From assembly GCA_964016885.1 (NCBI GenBank), contig OZ024747.1, positions 6,076,001-6,140,000 of the forward strand: a DNA stretch of 64,000 bases. The letters are read 5' to 3'. Shown in pieces: positions 25,326 to 38,290 of the stretch (its first letter is position 1; each line of letters starts with the position of its first letter). The DNA comes from Eledone cirrhosa. Lineage: Eukaryota. Made by a program: the position numbers and the translations under genes. Under the pieces are notes generated by a model. The model had not been told where the DNA came from and did not search any database. It worked only from the letters and a program-made list of their open reading frames with translations.

Positions 25326-25355
25326 TTTTTTCTTTTGATTCGCTTTATTCTGTAG

Positions 25356-25515
25356 GTGATGATTGCAGTCGGAGAGAGGGCAGTGATTTGTGGACACGGT
25401 TACCACCTGAGAAGCAAATAAGTGGAAGAGCATCACAGCAAGTGGCTCAGGTCAATGATACTGTGTGGGTTGTGGGAGGTTATAGTTTTGAGGAAGATGC
25501 CATGTTGATGTCTGT
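25356..25515 (+). CDS. ATRN: Attractin exon, EGF end / kelch 1
   Basis: tgtag|GTGAT...TCTGT|gtgagt; GDDCS...GRASQQVAQVNDTVWVVGGYSF. Confidence 0.9.
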
Positions 25516-26263
25516 GTGAGTACTTTAACCATTTCCTAACTATTTCTCTTAAAAGTTTGGCTGGAATTTACTACAATTATTAATTATTTCATTATTAAGA
25601 TACTACCTTAACATATTTTAAATAGTAACACTCTAGTTCAATTAATTAATGAAGAATTTTGAGAGATTTACTAAAATTATTAATTACTAAGATAATGGAG
25701 GCACATGGGTTAGTGGTTAGAGCATTGGCCTTGCAATCGAAAGGTTGTGAGTTCAATTCTCAGACCGGGTGATGTGTTGTTTCCTTGAGCAAGACACTTT
25801 ATTTCACATTGCTCCAGTTTACTCAACTGTAGAAATGAGATGATAGGGACTGGGGTCCATATCATTCCACTGCAAAGTGGTCGTAGAGGTGCCACGAAAA
25901 AAAAGCACACAGCACTCGCTGTAAATGAGGTTGGTGTTAGGAAGGGCATCCAGCTGTAGACATCAAGCCAGAATCAGTTCCCGTCCCACCCTTGCAAGCA
26001 GGGAAAAGTGGACGTAAAATGAAATGATGATGATAATACCTTAACCTTTTTTTTTATGGAAAACTATACTGGAAGATTTAAATAGGAACCCTTTAAAATG
26101 TGTGGTTTTGTTTCATAGAACCAGAGATGGGTTGGGTTGGTATGCAAAGGGTTAAACATTTTTGAGTGATTTACTAAAATTATTTTTATAAGATAATTGA
26201 ATTAAAATATTCCAATTGTATTTAATTTTTAACAATTAAAAAATTTTTTTTTTTAAATTTCAG

Positions 26264-26375
26264 ATTCAATTTAACAGAGGAAAAATGGACGATGTTCCAT
26301 GCCCCTCCTCTAGGTCCAGATCCAAGGAGTCAACTCCCTAGTCCTCGCCATGGACACTCACTTGTACTCCATGAG
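26264..26375 (+). CDS. ATRN: Attractin exon, kelch
   Basis: tttcag|ATTC...CATGAG|gtaaa; FNLTEEKW...PSPRHGHSLVLHE. Confidence 0.9.
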
Positions 26376-26614
26376 GTAAATTACACCTTGCAACATATAC
26401 CTTTTATGATTATATAGGTGTCAGTGTGCACACATATATATATATATATATAGATATATATGTGGAGAAACAGATATAAATATATATACACACACAACAC
26501 ACCCAACACACAATGCACACACACAATGCACACACACAACATACACACACAACACCTAATGTACACATTGATCTGTTATTCCTGTAATAACTGTTATTGT
26601 TGTTGTTGTTCCAG

Positions 26615-26843
26615 AACCAGCTGTACATGTATGGAGGTGTAGTTGGTAACAACATCTCCAATGAATTTTGGATGTTTGACCTCGGTCAAAAGGTTTGGAC
26701 CCTTTTGAAGAATTCCTCCTGGGAGCAGTACCAGTTGGCTGTGTCTGGTCACACGGCCCATGTTGTTGATGGGGTCATGCATGTCTTTTTTGGTCACAGC
26801 CCGATCTATGGATACCTACATTGTATTCAAGAATTTTATTTTG
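26615..26843 (+). CDS. ATRN: Attractin exon, kelch
   Basis: ttccag|AACC...TTTG|gtcagt; NQLYMYGG...AVSGHTAH...FFGHSPIYGYLHCIQEF. Confidence 0.92.
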
Positions 26844-27743
26844 GTCAGTCTCACATCTTTTTTGGTTTTCGTCTCGCTTCTTTCATCTCACTTCTTTCAT
26901 CTCATTTCTTTCATCTCACCAGTTTCATCTCACCTGTTGTTGCTGTTTGTAAATTTATATCTCTTAGGTTCTGTTGATTTAACTACTAACATCCTGTAGT
27001 GATTTAGCAGAAAATATCTACAAGATCATCGGGTCTGTTAATTCAAATGTTTATAGTGTCTTTACTAGTAGACAAATCATTGTGAAAATTTGCAGTATTA
27101 GAATAAAAATTAAATTTTTTAATATGATACAGTCATAATGCTGTTTTGTACTTTTCGAAAATATCTTGCTAATATAATTTGATGTGCTACATGACATTAA
27201 GTTAAGACTCTTGGATCTCAAATAATCCCCCCCCCCCCCATCCACACTTATTAAATTTTCAGGTTCTCCCCACCCCTGTTCTTATTCCATTCCCATCTCG
27301 CTTATTAAATTTTGCTAATCTATCTCTGGTAAAATTTTGTTTTAAGTGGTATCATTCCAGTAACAATTAATTTTTTACATTAAAAATCATACATGACAAA
27401 AAAAAGTACATTACAAAAATCCCATATGTTATAAAATAAATAGGATGGGTTGGGGTCTCAATATGTAAACTAAACAACTAATTCTGGTTTAAAAAAAAAA
27501 AAAACAAGGGGGACAACCTAGAAAAATTGCCAATTTTCCAAAGACCCTGCTTATTCCACCCCTGCCCCCCCCCCGTTTATTCCAACCTCCCTATTATTTG
27601 GGTCTCGAGTGTGTGTGTATGTATGTATATATATATATATACACACACGACCCACACACCCAGTGTATGAGGGTTAGAAATCATGTATGTGCTGTGGTGT
27701 GGTGTGTATTCATATTATTTACATAATTGTCTGTACTTTCCAG

Positions 27744-27927
27744 GTAACAAAAGCTGGTTTATACCAGAAACGTCGGGAGCAATTGTAAAAAATACCTGTT
27801 GGCACTCCAGTGTCTATGATAAGATTCGGCAGTTAATCTATGTCTATGGTGGATACCATTCTGTCAGTTCAGCAACTAATCACATCACCGATAAATTATA
27901 TTCATACAATCCAAAAACTCGATATTG
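27744..27927 (+). CDS. ATRN: Attractin exon, kelch
   Basis: ttccag|GTAAC...TATTG|gtgtgt; SW...TSGAIV...HSSVYD...IYVYGGY...DKLYSYN. Confidence 0.92.
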
Positions 27928-28156
27928 GTGTGTATATCTCTTTATTTATTGTTTTTTTATTTTTTTTATTTATTTGTGTTCTAGCCGAGGGGCTGAGGTC
28001 ATGCTGGGGCACTGTCTACATTTATATGCGTTCATACTTAAACAGCCAAAAACTTTTCTCAGGGTTTTAGGTATTTATGTAGATACAGACGCTCTCTTTC
28101 TCTCTCTCTCTCTCTCATTTGTGTGTGTGTGTGTACACACACTGTCATGTGTTTCC

Positions 28157-28189
<33 letters not shown>

Positions 28190-28310
28190 ACATACACACA
28201 CAAATGTGCAATATTAAATCTGCTAGAATTATGTGCTTCTCAATAAACAAACTCAATAGACTTTATCTAGAGCAAATCAAATGTAGATTATATATATATA
28301 TCTATATACA

Positions 28311-28438
<128 letters not shown>

Positions 28439-28700
28439 AGAGCCATATATACAGAGAAGGCACAGTATTTTGTACATATACTAAATACATATTACAGAAA
28501 ATATGTTCTAGATAGAAACTGTGTCTTCTCTGGACATATGGTCCTCCCTCTCTTTCCATATATATATATCTTCTATATTTGACTTACATACAGACACAAA
28601 TATAAGTGATCATTTTGGTGCCACAGCAAAAAGCACTCTGTCCACACTGGTTGGTGTTAGGAAGGGCATCCATATTTTGATTGTTGTTTTGTTTCTGTAG

Positions 28701-28858
28701 GCAAGTATTACGGAGTAGTGACTCACCTCGCTTCCTTCATTCTGCAATTCTGACATCCGATGGATTCATGCTGACATTTGGTGGCAATACCCACAATGAG
28801 GCTTCCGTGAACTCTGCTGCCAAGTGTTACTCCTTAGATTTTATGGCATATGATGTTG
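28701..28858 (+). CDS. ATRN: Attractin exon, kelch
   Basis: tgtag|GCAA...GTTG|gtaag; RFLHSAIL..MLTFGGNTHNEASVNSAAKCYSLDFMAYDV. Confidence 0.94.
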
Positions 28859-29086
28859 GTAAGTACTCCTTTCTACTGTCTCTGTTGGTCTTTGTCAGTC
28901 TCTTTGTTTGTCTTTCTATCTGTCTTACAAATTTAAACCTAAACCCAGTCATTCAAGCAATGAAAGATATTTGTTATGATAGGGGAAAGAAACCTTCTTC
29001 TTCTTAAGACCCAGGAAAAGTATTATGACTGTTATAACAGGAGCAAGAAGCCTTCTTCTTCTTCGTAAGACCCAGGAAATGTTTAA

Positions 29087-29305
29087 CCCTTTAGCATTTA
29101 TATTACTCTATTTTTACAATTGTATTTTTGCAGTAAAGGCTTTATCTTACATAATTATCTCATAAAATCGAATCTATAAGATTTTGATATTATTTATTTT
29201 GAGAACAATAGCTTAACGTCAGTATGAGTGGCCAGTTACAACTGGTTTCAAGAGAAAAAGGTGAGAGAATTCTGGCCGGATATGGCCGGTTTAAATGCTA
29301 AAGGG
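29087..29305. mobile_element. piggyBac-type MITE (other copies at 41989-42264 and 43938-44140)
   Basis: TTAA|CCCTTTAGCATTTA...TAAATGCTAAAGGG|TTAA: 14-bp TIR and TTAA TSD; three copies. Confidence 0.85.
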
Positions 29306-29385
29306 TTAATGAATGTTTTAATAAGACAAACAAAAAAGAGATTCTCTCAGTCTGAGAACTATCCCAATGTGTTTTGCTCTTGTAG

Positions 29386-29470
29386 AATGTGATCATTGGT
29401 ATTGTTTACAGAAACCACATCTACAGAAAGATGTGTCACGGTTTGGTCATGCTGCGATTTCACACAACAA
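29386..29470 (+). CDS. ATRN: Attractin exon, kelch
   Basis: tgtag|AATGT...CAACAA|gtaag; ECDHWYCLQKPHLQKDVSRFGHAAISHN. Confidence 0.92.
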
Positions 29471-29575
29471 GTAAGATATTTGCTTTCTTACCTTGGTTTT
29501 CTTATGTCTTTTTCTTACTTTTTATTGCTTTGAATAATTGTTTGCTATAAAATTATCCTGCTACATCTTTCTCTC

Positions 29576-29748
29576 TGTCATAAAACAGTATTACTGTGAT
29601 AATGTGTCTTCCATATTGCTGTGTGTCATAAAACAGTATTACTGTGATAATGTGTCTTCCATATTGCTGTGTGTCATAAAACAGTATTGCTGTGATAATG
29701 TGTCTTCCATATTGCTGTGTGTCATAAAACAGTATTACTGTGATAATA
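29576..29748. repeat. 48-bp tandem repeat, about 3.5 copies
   Basis: TGTCATAAAACAGTATTACTGTGATAATGTGTCTTCCATATTGCTGTG. Confidence 0.9.
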
Positions 29749-29773
29749 TAACTATCTCTCTGTTGTGTTTCAG

Positions 29774-29838
29774 TGCAATGTATATCTTTAATGGATTCAA
29801 TGGCAGGATGCTACGTGATATTATAAAATACACCACTG
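29774..29838 (+). CDS. ATRN: Attractin exon, kelch end
   Basis: tttcag|TGCA...ACTG|gtaag; AMYIFNGFNGRMLRDIIKYT. Confidence 0.92.
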
Positions 29839-30036
29839 GTAAGAACCTCCCAATCACTGTCTTTTTCTTTTATTCACCCACCCATTTATTTGAATATTGT
29901 ATAATTCCAGTCTTACTCCTTGTATGTGTGTGTGTGTATTGATTGAGGATGGTTTTTTAACCACCTAACCACTTTCTCTCTACATCGTATCGGCACACAC
30001 ACATTAACTTGTAGCATTTTTATTCTGAAATTCCAG

Positions 30037-30171
30037 GAAATTGCTCAGCATTCACAAATGCCACCGTATGCAACCAAAGCCAGCCAGGAGTACCGTGTTT
30101 TTGGTCAGCAGATTCCTGTGTCTCCAGAAGTCAATTGACCAATAAGAAGGACTATGTGTGTCCTACAAACA
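30037..30171 (+). CDS. ATRN: Attractin exon, PSI-like
   Basis: ttccag|GAAA...AAACA|gtaag; GNCSAFTNATVCNQSQPGVPCFWSADSCVS. Confidence 0.88.
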
Positions 30172-30847
30172 GTAAGTTAACCTCTTGTCCTGATCCTCCT
30201 CTTCTGTGTTGATTAGTCGGTGGGAGCACTGTTTTTTACCCACGATGAATCTGGCAGACCCACCTCTCCACCTAGTCATCTTGAATACAACAAACATCAA
30301 CTTCTTTACGTTCAAGCATCTCTACAACCTCATTTGAGCGACCTTTCAATGTGTGTATGTTCATGGTACCAACTCTGAAGTTGGGATGGATGGGTTGGAG
30401 GGGCAGGGAGGGACGTGGGAGATGGAATTATGTTGGTCATCCGTGTCTGAAATAAAGAGGGGTCCTTGTATTCTCATCCTGCGGCGGGAGGTGAATTTAT
30501 CTTTATCTGTGACATTGTCATTGAGTGTTTAGACTTTCAAATTCCGCAGTCCACCCATCAAACAGGTCTAAACTTAAGGAGTAGTAACCGAGGTGGTAAC
30601 TTTGCTATACTGATTTGTAAGAGTTACTATAAGCCACTCAATTATTATTGGACCATATAGCAATGGTGGGGTGGGAAATGAGTAACTTTAGGAGAAGGAG
30701 CAAAAGTCGGTTTTTATAACCTGTCCCTACCCCCACGTCACCCTAAAGACCTTGTGTACAACAAAGATAATAGTAGATGACCGTGTCTTGTTCATACAAG
30801 ACTATTTCTGGTTTTGTTTCTATGGTTGAATACCCTTCCTAACACCA

Positions 30848-33301
30848 ACCACTTTACAGTGTGGACTGTGGGAATTTTATTGTGGCTCCAACAAGACCAC
30901 TTTACAGTGTGGACTGGGAGCATTTTATTGTGGCTCCAACAAGACCACTTTACAGTGTGGACTGGGAGCATTTTATTGTGGCTCCAACAAAACCACTTTA
31001 CAGTGTGGACTGGGAGCATTTTATTGTGGCTCCAACAAGACCACTTTACAGTGTGGACTGGGAGCATTTTATTGTGGCTCCAACAAGACCACTTTACAGT
31101 GTGGACTGGGAGCATTTTATTGTGGCTCCAACAAAACCACTTTACAGTGTGGACTGGGAGCATTTTATTGTGGCTCCAACAAAACCACTTTACAGTGTGG
31201 ACTGGGAGCATTTTATTGTGGCTCCAACAAGACCACTTTACAGTGTGGACTGGGAGCATTTTATGGTGGCTCCAACAAGACCACTTTACAGTGTGGACTG
31301 GGAGCATTTTATTGTGGCTCCAACAAGACCACTTTACAGTGTGGACTGGGAGCATTTTATTGTGGCTCCAACAAGACCACTTTACAGTGTGGACTGGGAG
31401 CATTTTATGGTGGCTCCAACAAGACCACTTTACAGTGTGGACTGGGAGCATTTTATGGTGGCTCCAACAAGACCACTTTACAGTGTGGACTGGGAGCATT
31501 TTATTGTGGCTCCAACAAGACCACTTTACAGTGTGGACTGGGAGCATTTTATTGTGGCTCCAACAAGACCACTTTACAGTGTGGACTGGGAGCATTTTAT
31601 TGTGGCTCCAACAAGACCACTTTACAGTGTGGACTGGGAGCATTTTATGGTGGCTCCAACAAGACCACTTTACAGTGTGGACTGGGAGCATTTTATTGTG
31701 GCTCCAACAAGACCACTTTACAGTGTGGACTGGGAGCATTTTATGGTGGCTCCAACAAGACCACTTTACAGTGTGGACTGGGAGCATTTTATTGTGGCTC
31801 CAACAAGACCACTTTACAGTGTGGACTGGGAGCATTTTATTGTGGCTCCAACAAGACCACTTTACAGTGTGGACTGGGAGCATTTTATTGTGGCTCCAAC
31901 AAGACCACTTTACAGTGTGGACTGGGAGCATTTTATGGTGGCTCCAACAAGACCACTTTACAGTGTGGACTGGGAGCATTTTATTGTGGCTCCAACAAGA
32001 CCACTTTACAGTGTGGACTGGGAGCATTTTATTGTGGCTCCAACAAGACCACTTTACAGTGTGGACTGGGAGCATTTTATTGTGGCTCCAACAAAACCAC
32101 TTTACAGTGTGGACTGGGAGCATTTTATTGTGGCTCCAACAAGACCACTTTACAGTGTGGACTGGGAGCATTTTATTGTGGCTCCAACAAGACCACTTTA
32201 CAGTGTGGACTGGGAGCATTTTATTGTGGCTCCAACAAGACCACTTTACAGTGTGGACTGGGAGCATTTTATGGTGGCTCCAACAAGACCACTTTACAGT
32301 GTGGACTGGGAGCATTTTATGGTGGCTCCAACAAGACCACTTTACAGTGTGGACTGGGAGCATTTTATTGTGGCTCCAACAAGACCACTTTACAGTGTGG
32401 ACTGGGAGCATTTTATGGTGGCTCCAACAAGACCACTTTACAGTGTGGACTGGGAGCATTTTATGGTGGCTCCAACAAGACCACTTTACAGTGTGGACTG
32501 GGAGCATTTTATTGTGGCTCCAACAAGACCACTTTACAGTGTGGACTGGGAGCATTTTATTGTGGCTCCAACAAGACCACTTTACAGTGTGGACTGGGAG
32601 CATTTTATGGTGGCTCCAACAAGACCACTTTACAGTGTGGACTGGGAGCATTTTATTGTGGCTCCAACAAGACCACTTTACAGTGTGGACTGGGTGCTTT
32701 TCGTTGTGGCTCCAACAAGACCACTTTACAGTGTGGACTGGGTGCTTTTCGTTGTGGCTCCAACAAGACCACTTTACAGTGTGGACTGGGAGCATTTTAT
32801 TGTGGCTCCAACAAGACCACTTTACAGTGTGGACTGGGAGCATTTTATGGTGGCTCCAACAAGACCACTTTACAGTGTGGACTGGGAGCATTTTATTGTG
32901 GCTCCAACAAGGCCACTTTACAGTGTGGACTGGGAGCATTTTATGGTGGCTCCAACAAGACCACTTTACAGTGTGGACTGGGTGCTTTTCGTTGTGGCTC
33001 CAACAAGACCACTTTACAGTGTGGACTGGGAGCATTTTATTGTGGCTCCAACAAGACCACTTTACAGTGTGGACTGGGAGCATTTTATGGTGGCTCCAAC
33101 AAGACCACTTTACAGTGTGGACTGGGAGCATTTTATTGTGGCTCCAACAAGACCACTTTACAGTGTGGACTGGGAGCATTTTATGGTGGCTCCAACAAGA
33201 CCACTTTACAGTGTGGACTGGGAGCATTTTATGGTGGCTCCAACAAGACCACTTTACAGTGTGGACTGGGAGCATTTTATTGTGGCTCCAACAAGACCAC
33301 T
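30848..33301. repeat. 48-bp minisatellite, about 51 copies
   Basis: Unit CCACTTTACAGTGTGGACTGGGAGCATTTTATTGTGGCTCCAACAAGA. Confidence 0.97.
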
Positions 33302-33409
33302 ATGATAAAAAAGATAAATGGACCTCCATTGGTTTCAATAACACAATGTTCCTGCTGTCTAATCATTGGCACAATATATTTGTTAAATAAGCAAACACAT
33401 TGTGTTCCA

Positions 33410-33465
<56 letters not shown>

Positions 33466-33505
33466 TGCAAATCCTAATATATATACATGTCTCTCTCTCT
33501 CTCTT

Positions 33506-33541
<36 letters not shown>

Positions 33542-33583
33542 CATGCAAATCCTAATATATATATATACATGTCTCTCTCTCTT

Positions 33584-33620
<37 letters not shown>

Positions 33621-33691
33621 GCATGCATATCCAAATATATATATATATACATGTCTCTCTCTGACTATATATATGTATGTCTACATTTCAG

Positions 33692-33816
33692 ATGATGATG
33701 CCATGTGTTCTAAGATCAAGAACTGCAAGAGTTGTCTATCAAATTATAAGAAATGTTCGTGGTGCAATGAGAAGTGTATGTCTTCCTCGGACTGCATCGA
33801 TCACCAAAGAAAACTG
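33692..33816 (+). CDS. ATRN: Attractin exon, PSI
   Basis: tttcag|ATGA...AACTG|gtaat; CSKIKNCKSCLSNYKKCSWCNEKC. Confidence 0.88.
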
Positions 33817-34882
33817 GTAATATATTAGCTTTCCCCTACACCACCACCATATTTACTACACCTACATGTTTACCCTTTACTTCCACTCCTCTTCCACCAC
33901 CAACATAGCCACTTTCCTATATTTTAGTCCTGCGTATGGCATTTCGCTATTATTGTCATCTCCAAAAGTTTCACTCACACACCCACACACACACACATAC
34001 ACGCACTCATACACATACATATATACATACACCCCACCACCACCACCATCATCATCATCATCAGGTTTTTACGTCCACTTTTTCATGCTGGCATGGGTTG
34101 GAGGAGGCTATTATGAGGCAGTCTTTCTGAAAGCCAACCGATACTTTATACTTACAGGTATGCTGTACTCTGCCATTCTTCGTTGAAACACTTCACTCAT
34201 GAATGTATTGTTTACGCAGGACATAAACAAATAACATCCACTCGCTTTAAATGTTGATATAGAGACACATGTAAATTGATACCTACACACATGTATGTGT
34301 GTGTGTGTGTGTATTTATATGTATGCCATCATCACCGTTTTATGTCCGTTCTTCCATGCCAGCATGGGTTTGACGGGTTGTCCTGTTATGGGAAGTGTCT
34401 AGTCGGCTGACCTTATCTTGCTCATATGGGAACTGATTCTGGCTTGATTTCTACAGCTGGATGCCCTTCCTAACACCAACCTCATTTACAGGTTGGTGTT
34501 AGGAATGTATATATATATGTATATATATATGTATATATTTATGTATGTATGTATGTATGTATATATCATCATCATCATCATCAACGTTTAACGTCCGTGT
34601 TCCACGCTTGCATGGGTTTGGACGGGGGTAGTCCCACTTGAGGCAAGAGTGATTGTCTTGCTCGCATAGGACTGTCTGGCAGGTTTTCTACAGTTGGATG
34701 CCCTTCCTAACACCAACCACATTTACAGTGTGGGTCTGGGAGGTTTTTACCGTGTTGCCTACACGGCATATGTATATATTTATGTATGTATGTATATATG
34801 TATATATTTATGTATGTATATATACATATATGTATATATGTATATATATGTATATATACATATATATATATATGTAAATTTG

Positions 34883-34926
<44 letters not shown>

Positions 34927-34936
34927 AATTTGTATG

Positions 34937-34993
<57 letters not shown>

Positions 34994-36406
34994 CAGAAGA
35001 ATATTGCTTATCTTAGTTGTTACACTGTTAACTTCCTGAGGATAAGCTAGTCCTAGCCATCCAAAGCACCCCACGTCAGTAGTTTATCCCAGGTAGGTGA
35101 TTAGGAGTGACAGAGTATTCATTTATCAAATAAAGGTAGTTAAGACAGGATTATTTCGCCATAATTGTTTATTGCATGATACATATTTCTGTTACATGGT
35201 TATTCATGTGACTTCATCAGGTGCTTACGCAATCATAGGTGCAGTTAGGTAATCATTGGGATATCTCAGTGACCATGTATAACTATCTCGTAGTGATGTA
35301 GCAGAAAATATCTCTTAACATCCTGTAATAATTTAGCAGTAAAGTGGAGTAAAGTTTTGAATTTTTCTTTTATTAAAACAACCGAGAAACCTCCTATGAG
35401 ATAGAACCTTGTAGGAGGCCAGCTAAACCTAGATAAGTGTGAGCTGTAACATGATAGGACTGGGGGCCTCTAAACCTACATAGGTGTCAGCTATTTTCAT
35501 TTTTCATTTTGAGATGGTAATCTAATTTTGTGAGGATTTTCAATAATTAAAAGAGAATTGATAAATGAAGATGGATGGTTTTCTGCTCTATACCATATCA
35601 CATATGTAAAAACAATATTGTATATATAAAAAAAATGTGTGTGTGTGTATATATAACTTAGCTACATCCACCTACTATACCACCACTACAGCCAGCTATA
35701 CTATACCATTTACTACTATAATTTACTCTAGCTGTCCCCAGCACTAATTACATCATCATGGTGACCAAAATTATCAACTACATCCTGCTTTTCTGTTAGT
35801 CTGTTAGAGATACACCTATTGGCACACACATCCACACATAGATACATACACATTAGCACACTCACACATATAGCTACACTCATACACACACTCATCGCAA
35901 AGAAAAACGTTTCTGCTGAACTAATGAGGAATTTGTAGATACTCCACCCTAACTATACCTTTAGGGGCTCTTGGATATATTACTGCTTCAGTACAAATCT
36001 TGAGAAGCTCCCCCCTCACAGAACTAGAAAAGGCAGGACTAGTTAGGAAGTTGCAAGTACAGTCCATTGATGGAACTGTAAAAATATGTAAAACATTTTA
36101 GAAATTTAGCATGTAATAACTGCATATACACATGTATGTGTACAGATGTAACTTAAAACATGCACACGCACTCATGCACACACGCTCACACACTCACTCA
36201 CTCACTCACTCAATCACTCACGCACACACACATGTATTTACCTATTTGATGTCTAAAATCCAATGAAAGTCTTATGTCTGTTAGAAACCGACTCTCTCTC
36301 TCTATTGTTGTCCACATGTGTGTGCTCACGCATATGCACACACATACATGCACACACATAATGCACACACATGCATATATATATATATATATACATGCAC
36401 ACACAT

Positions 36407-36475
<69 letters not shown>

Positions 36476-36677
36476 CACATACATGCGCACACACACACAC
36501 ACACACATTTCTGTTAGAAATCCTATTATATTTGTGTACTCATTTGTTGCACTGAGTACACAGTATTGAGTACCTAATTACTCCCCCCCCCCTCTATATA
36601 TATCACTCTAGCTATCTTGCCTTCACTCCTTACTCTACATCTCTCTGTCTACCACTCTCCCTTTTTATTTCATTTTA

Positions 36678-38290
36678 ACACCATCACCAACACTACACAC
36701 TACCACACCACCTCCACCACCACACACTACCACTATCACCACTACACACTACCACCACCACCACCTCCGCCAACACTACACACTACCACACCACCTCCAC
36801 CACCACACACTACCACTATCACCACTACACACTACAACCACCACCTCCATCAACACTACACACTACCACACCACCTCCACCACCACCACACACTACCACT
36901 ATCACCACTACACACTACCACCACCACCTCCACTACCACCATCACCAACACTACACACTACCACACCACCTCCACCACCACTATCACCACTACACACTAC
37001 CACCATCACCACCACTACACACTACCACACCACCTCCACCACCACTATCACCACTACACACTACCACCACCACCTCCACTACCACTATCACCACTACACA
37101 CTACCACACCACCTCCACCACACACTACCACTACCACCACTACACACTACCACCACCACCACCTCCATCACCACTACCACACCACCTCCACCACCACCAC
37201 ACACTACCACTACCACCACACACTACCACCACTACACACTACAACCACCACCTCCATCAACACTACACACTACCACACCACCTCCACCACCACCACACAC
37301 TACCACTACCACCACTACACACTACAACCACCACCTCCATCAACACTACACACTACCACACCACCTCCACCACCACCACACACTACCACTACCACCACTA
37401 CACACTACAACCACCACCTCCATCAACACTACACACTACCACACCACCACCACCACCACCACACACTACCACACCACCACCACCACACACTACCACTACC
37501 ACCACTACACACTACAACCACCACCTCCATCAACACTACACACTACCACACCACCACCACCACACACTACCACTACCACCACTACACACTACAACCACCA
37601 CCTCCATCAACACTACACACTACCACACCACCACCACCACACACTACCACACCACCACCACCACACACTACCACTACCACCACTACACACTACAACCACC
37701 ACCTCCATCAACACTACACACTACCACACCACCACCACCACACACTACCACTACCACCACTACACACTACAACCACCACCTCCATCAACACTACACACTA
37801 CCACACCACCTCCACCACCACCACACACTACCACCACTACACACTACTACTACGGAGAGCTCAACTTGCTGGCCACTGTCACCGTGCCAGCAATGAAACC
37901 ATATCCACTCTCTTGCTCTGGAACCCTGACTCCAGCCTGACTAGGAGTAGGAAGCTGTCATTCCCTGACGTTATCTCTAGGGATACGGGAATCAGTAGAC
38001 AGGACCTGGGGGCAGTGATGGGGGACAGGGGATTCTGGGGCATGAGAGTGAGATCCATCATCTCAACAGTAGTCGACGAATGATGATGATGATGATGATG
38101 ACACACTACCACACCACCTCCACCACACACTACCACACCACCACCACCACTACACACTACCACACCACCTCCTCCACCACCACCACCACACACCATCCAC
38201 CGCTACATCACACCACCACTACACCACCACCGCCACCACCACACACCACCCACCACTACATCACACCACCACACACCACCACTACACCCC
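36678..38290. repeat. CAC/TAC-rich compound microsatellite (interrupted by a LINE tail)
   Basis: Directly visible. Confidence 0.93.
37852..38100 (+). mobile_element. 5'-truncated RTE-like LINE 3' end with (ATG)n tail
   Basis: RRAQLAGHCHRA...LLLWNP...DTG...L..VM.DR..W...V, then a stop and (ATG)n. Confidence 0.8.

Noticed and set aside
30792-33390. ORFs of over 800 aa and a CRISPR-like look
   Set aside because: Pure 48-bp tandem repeat with no unique spacers and no cas genes; frames stay open because the unit is a multiple of 3; it lies in an intron.
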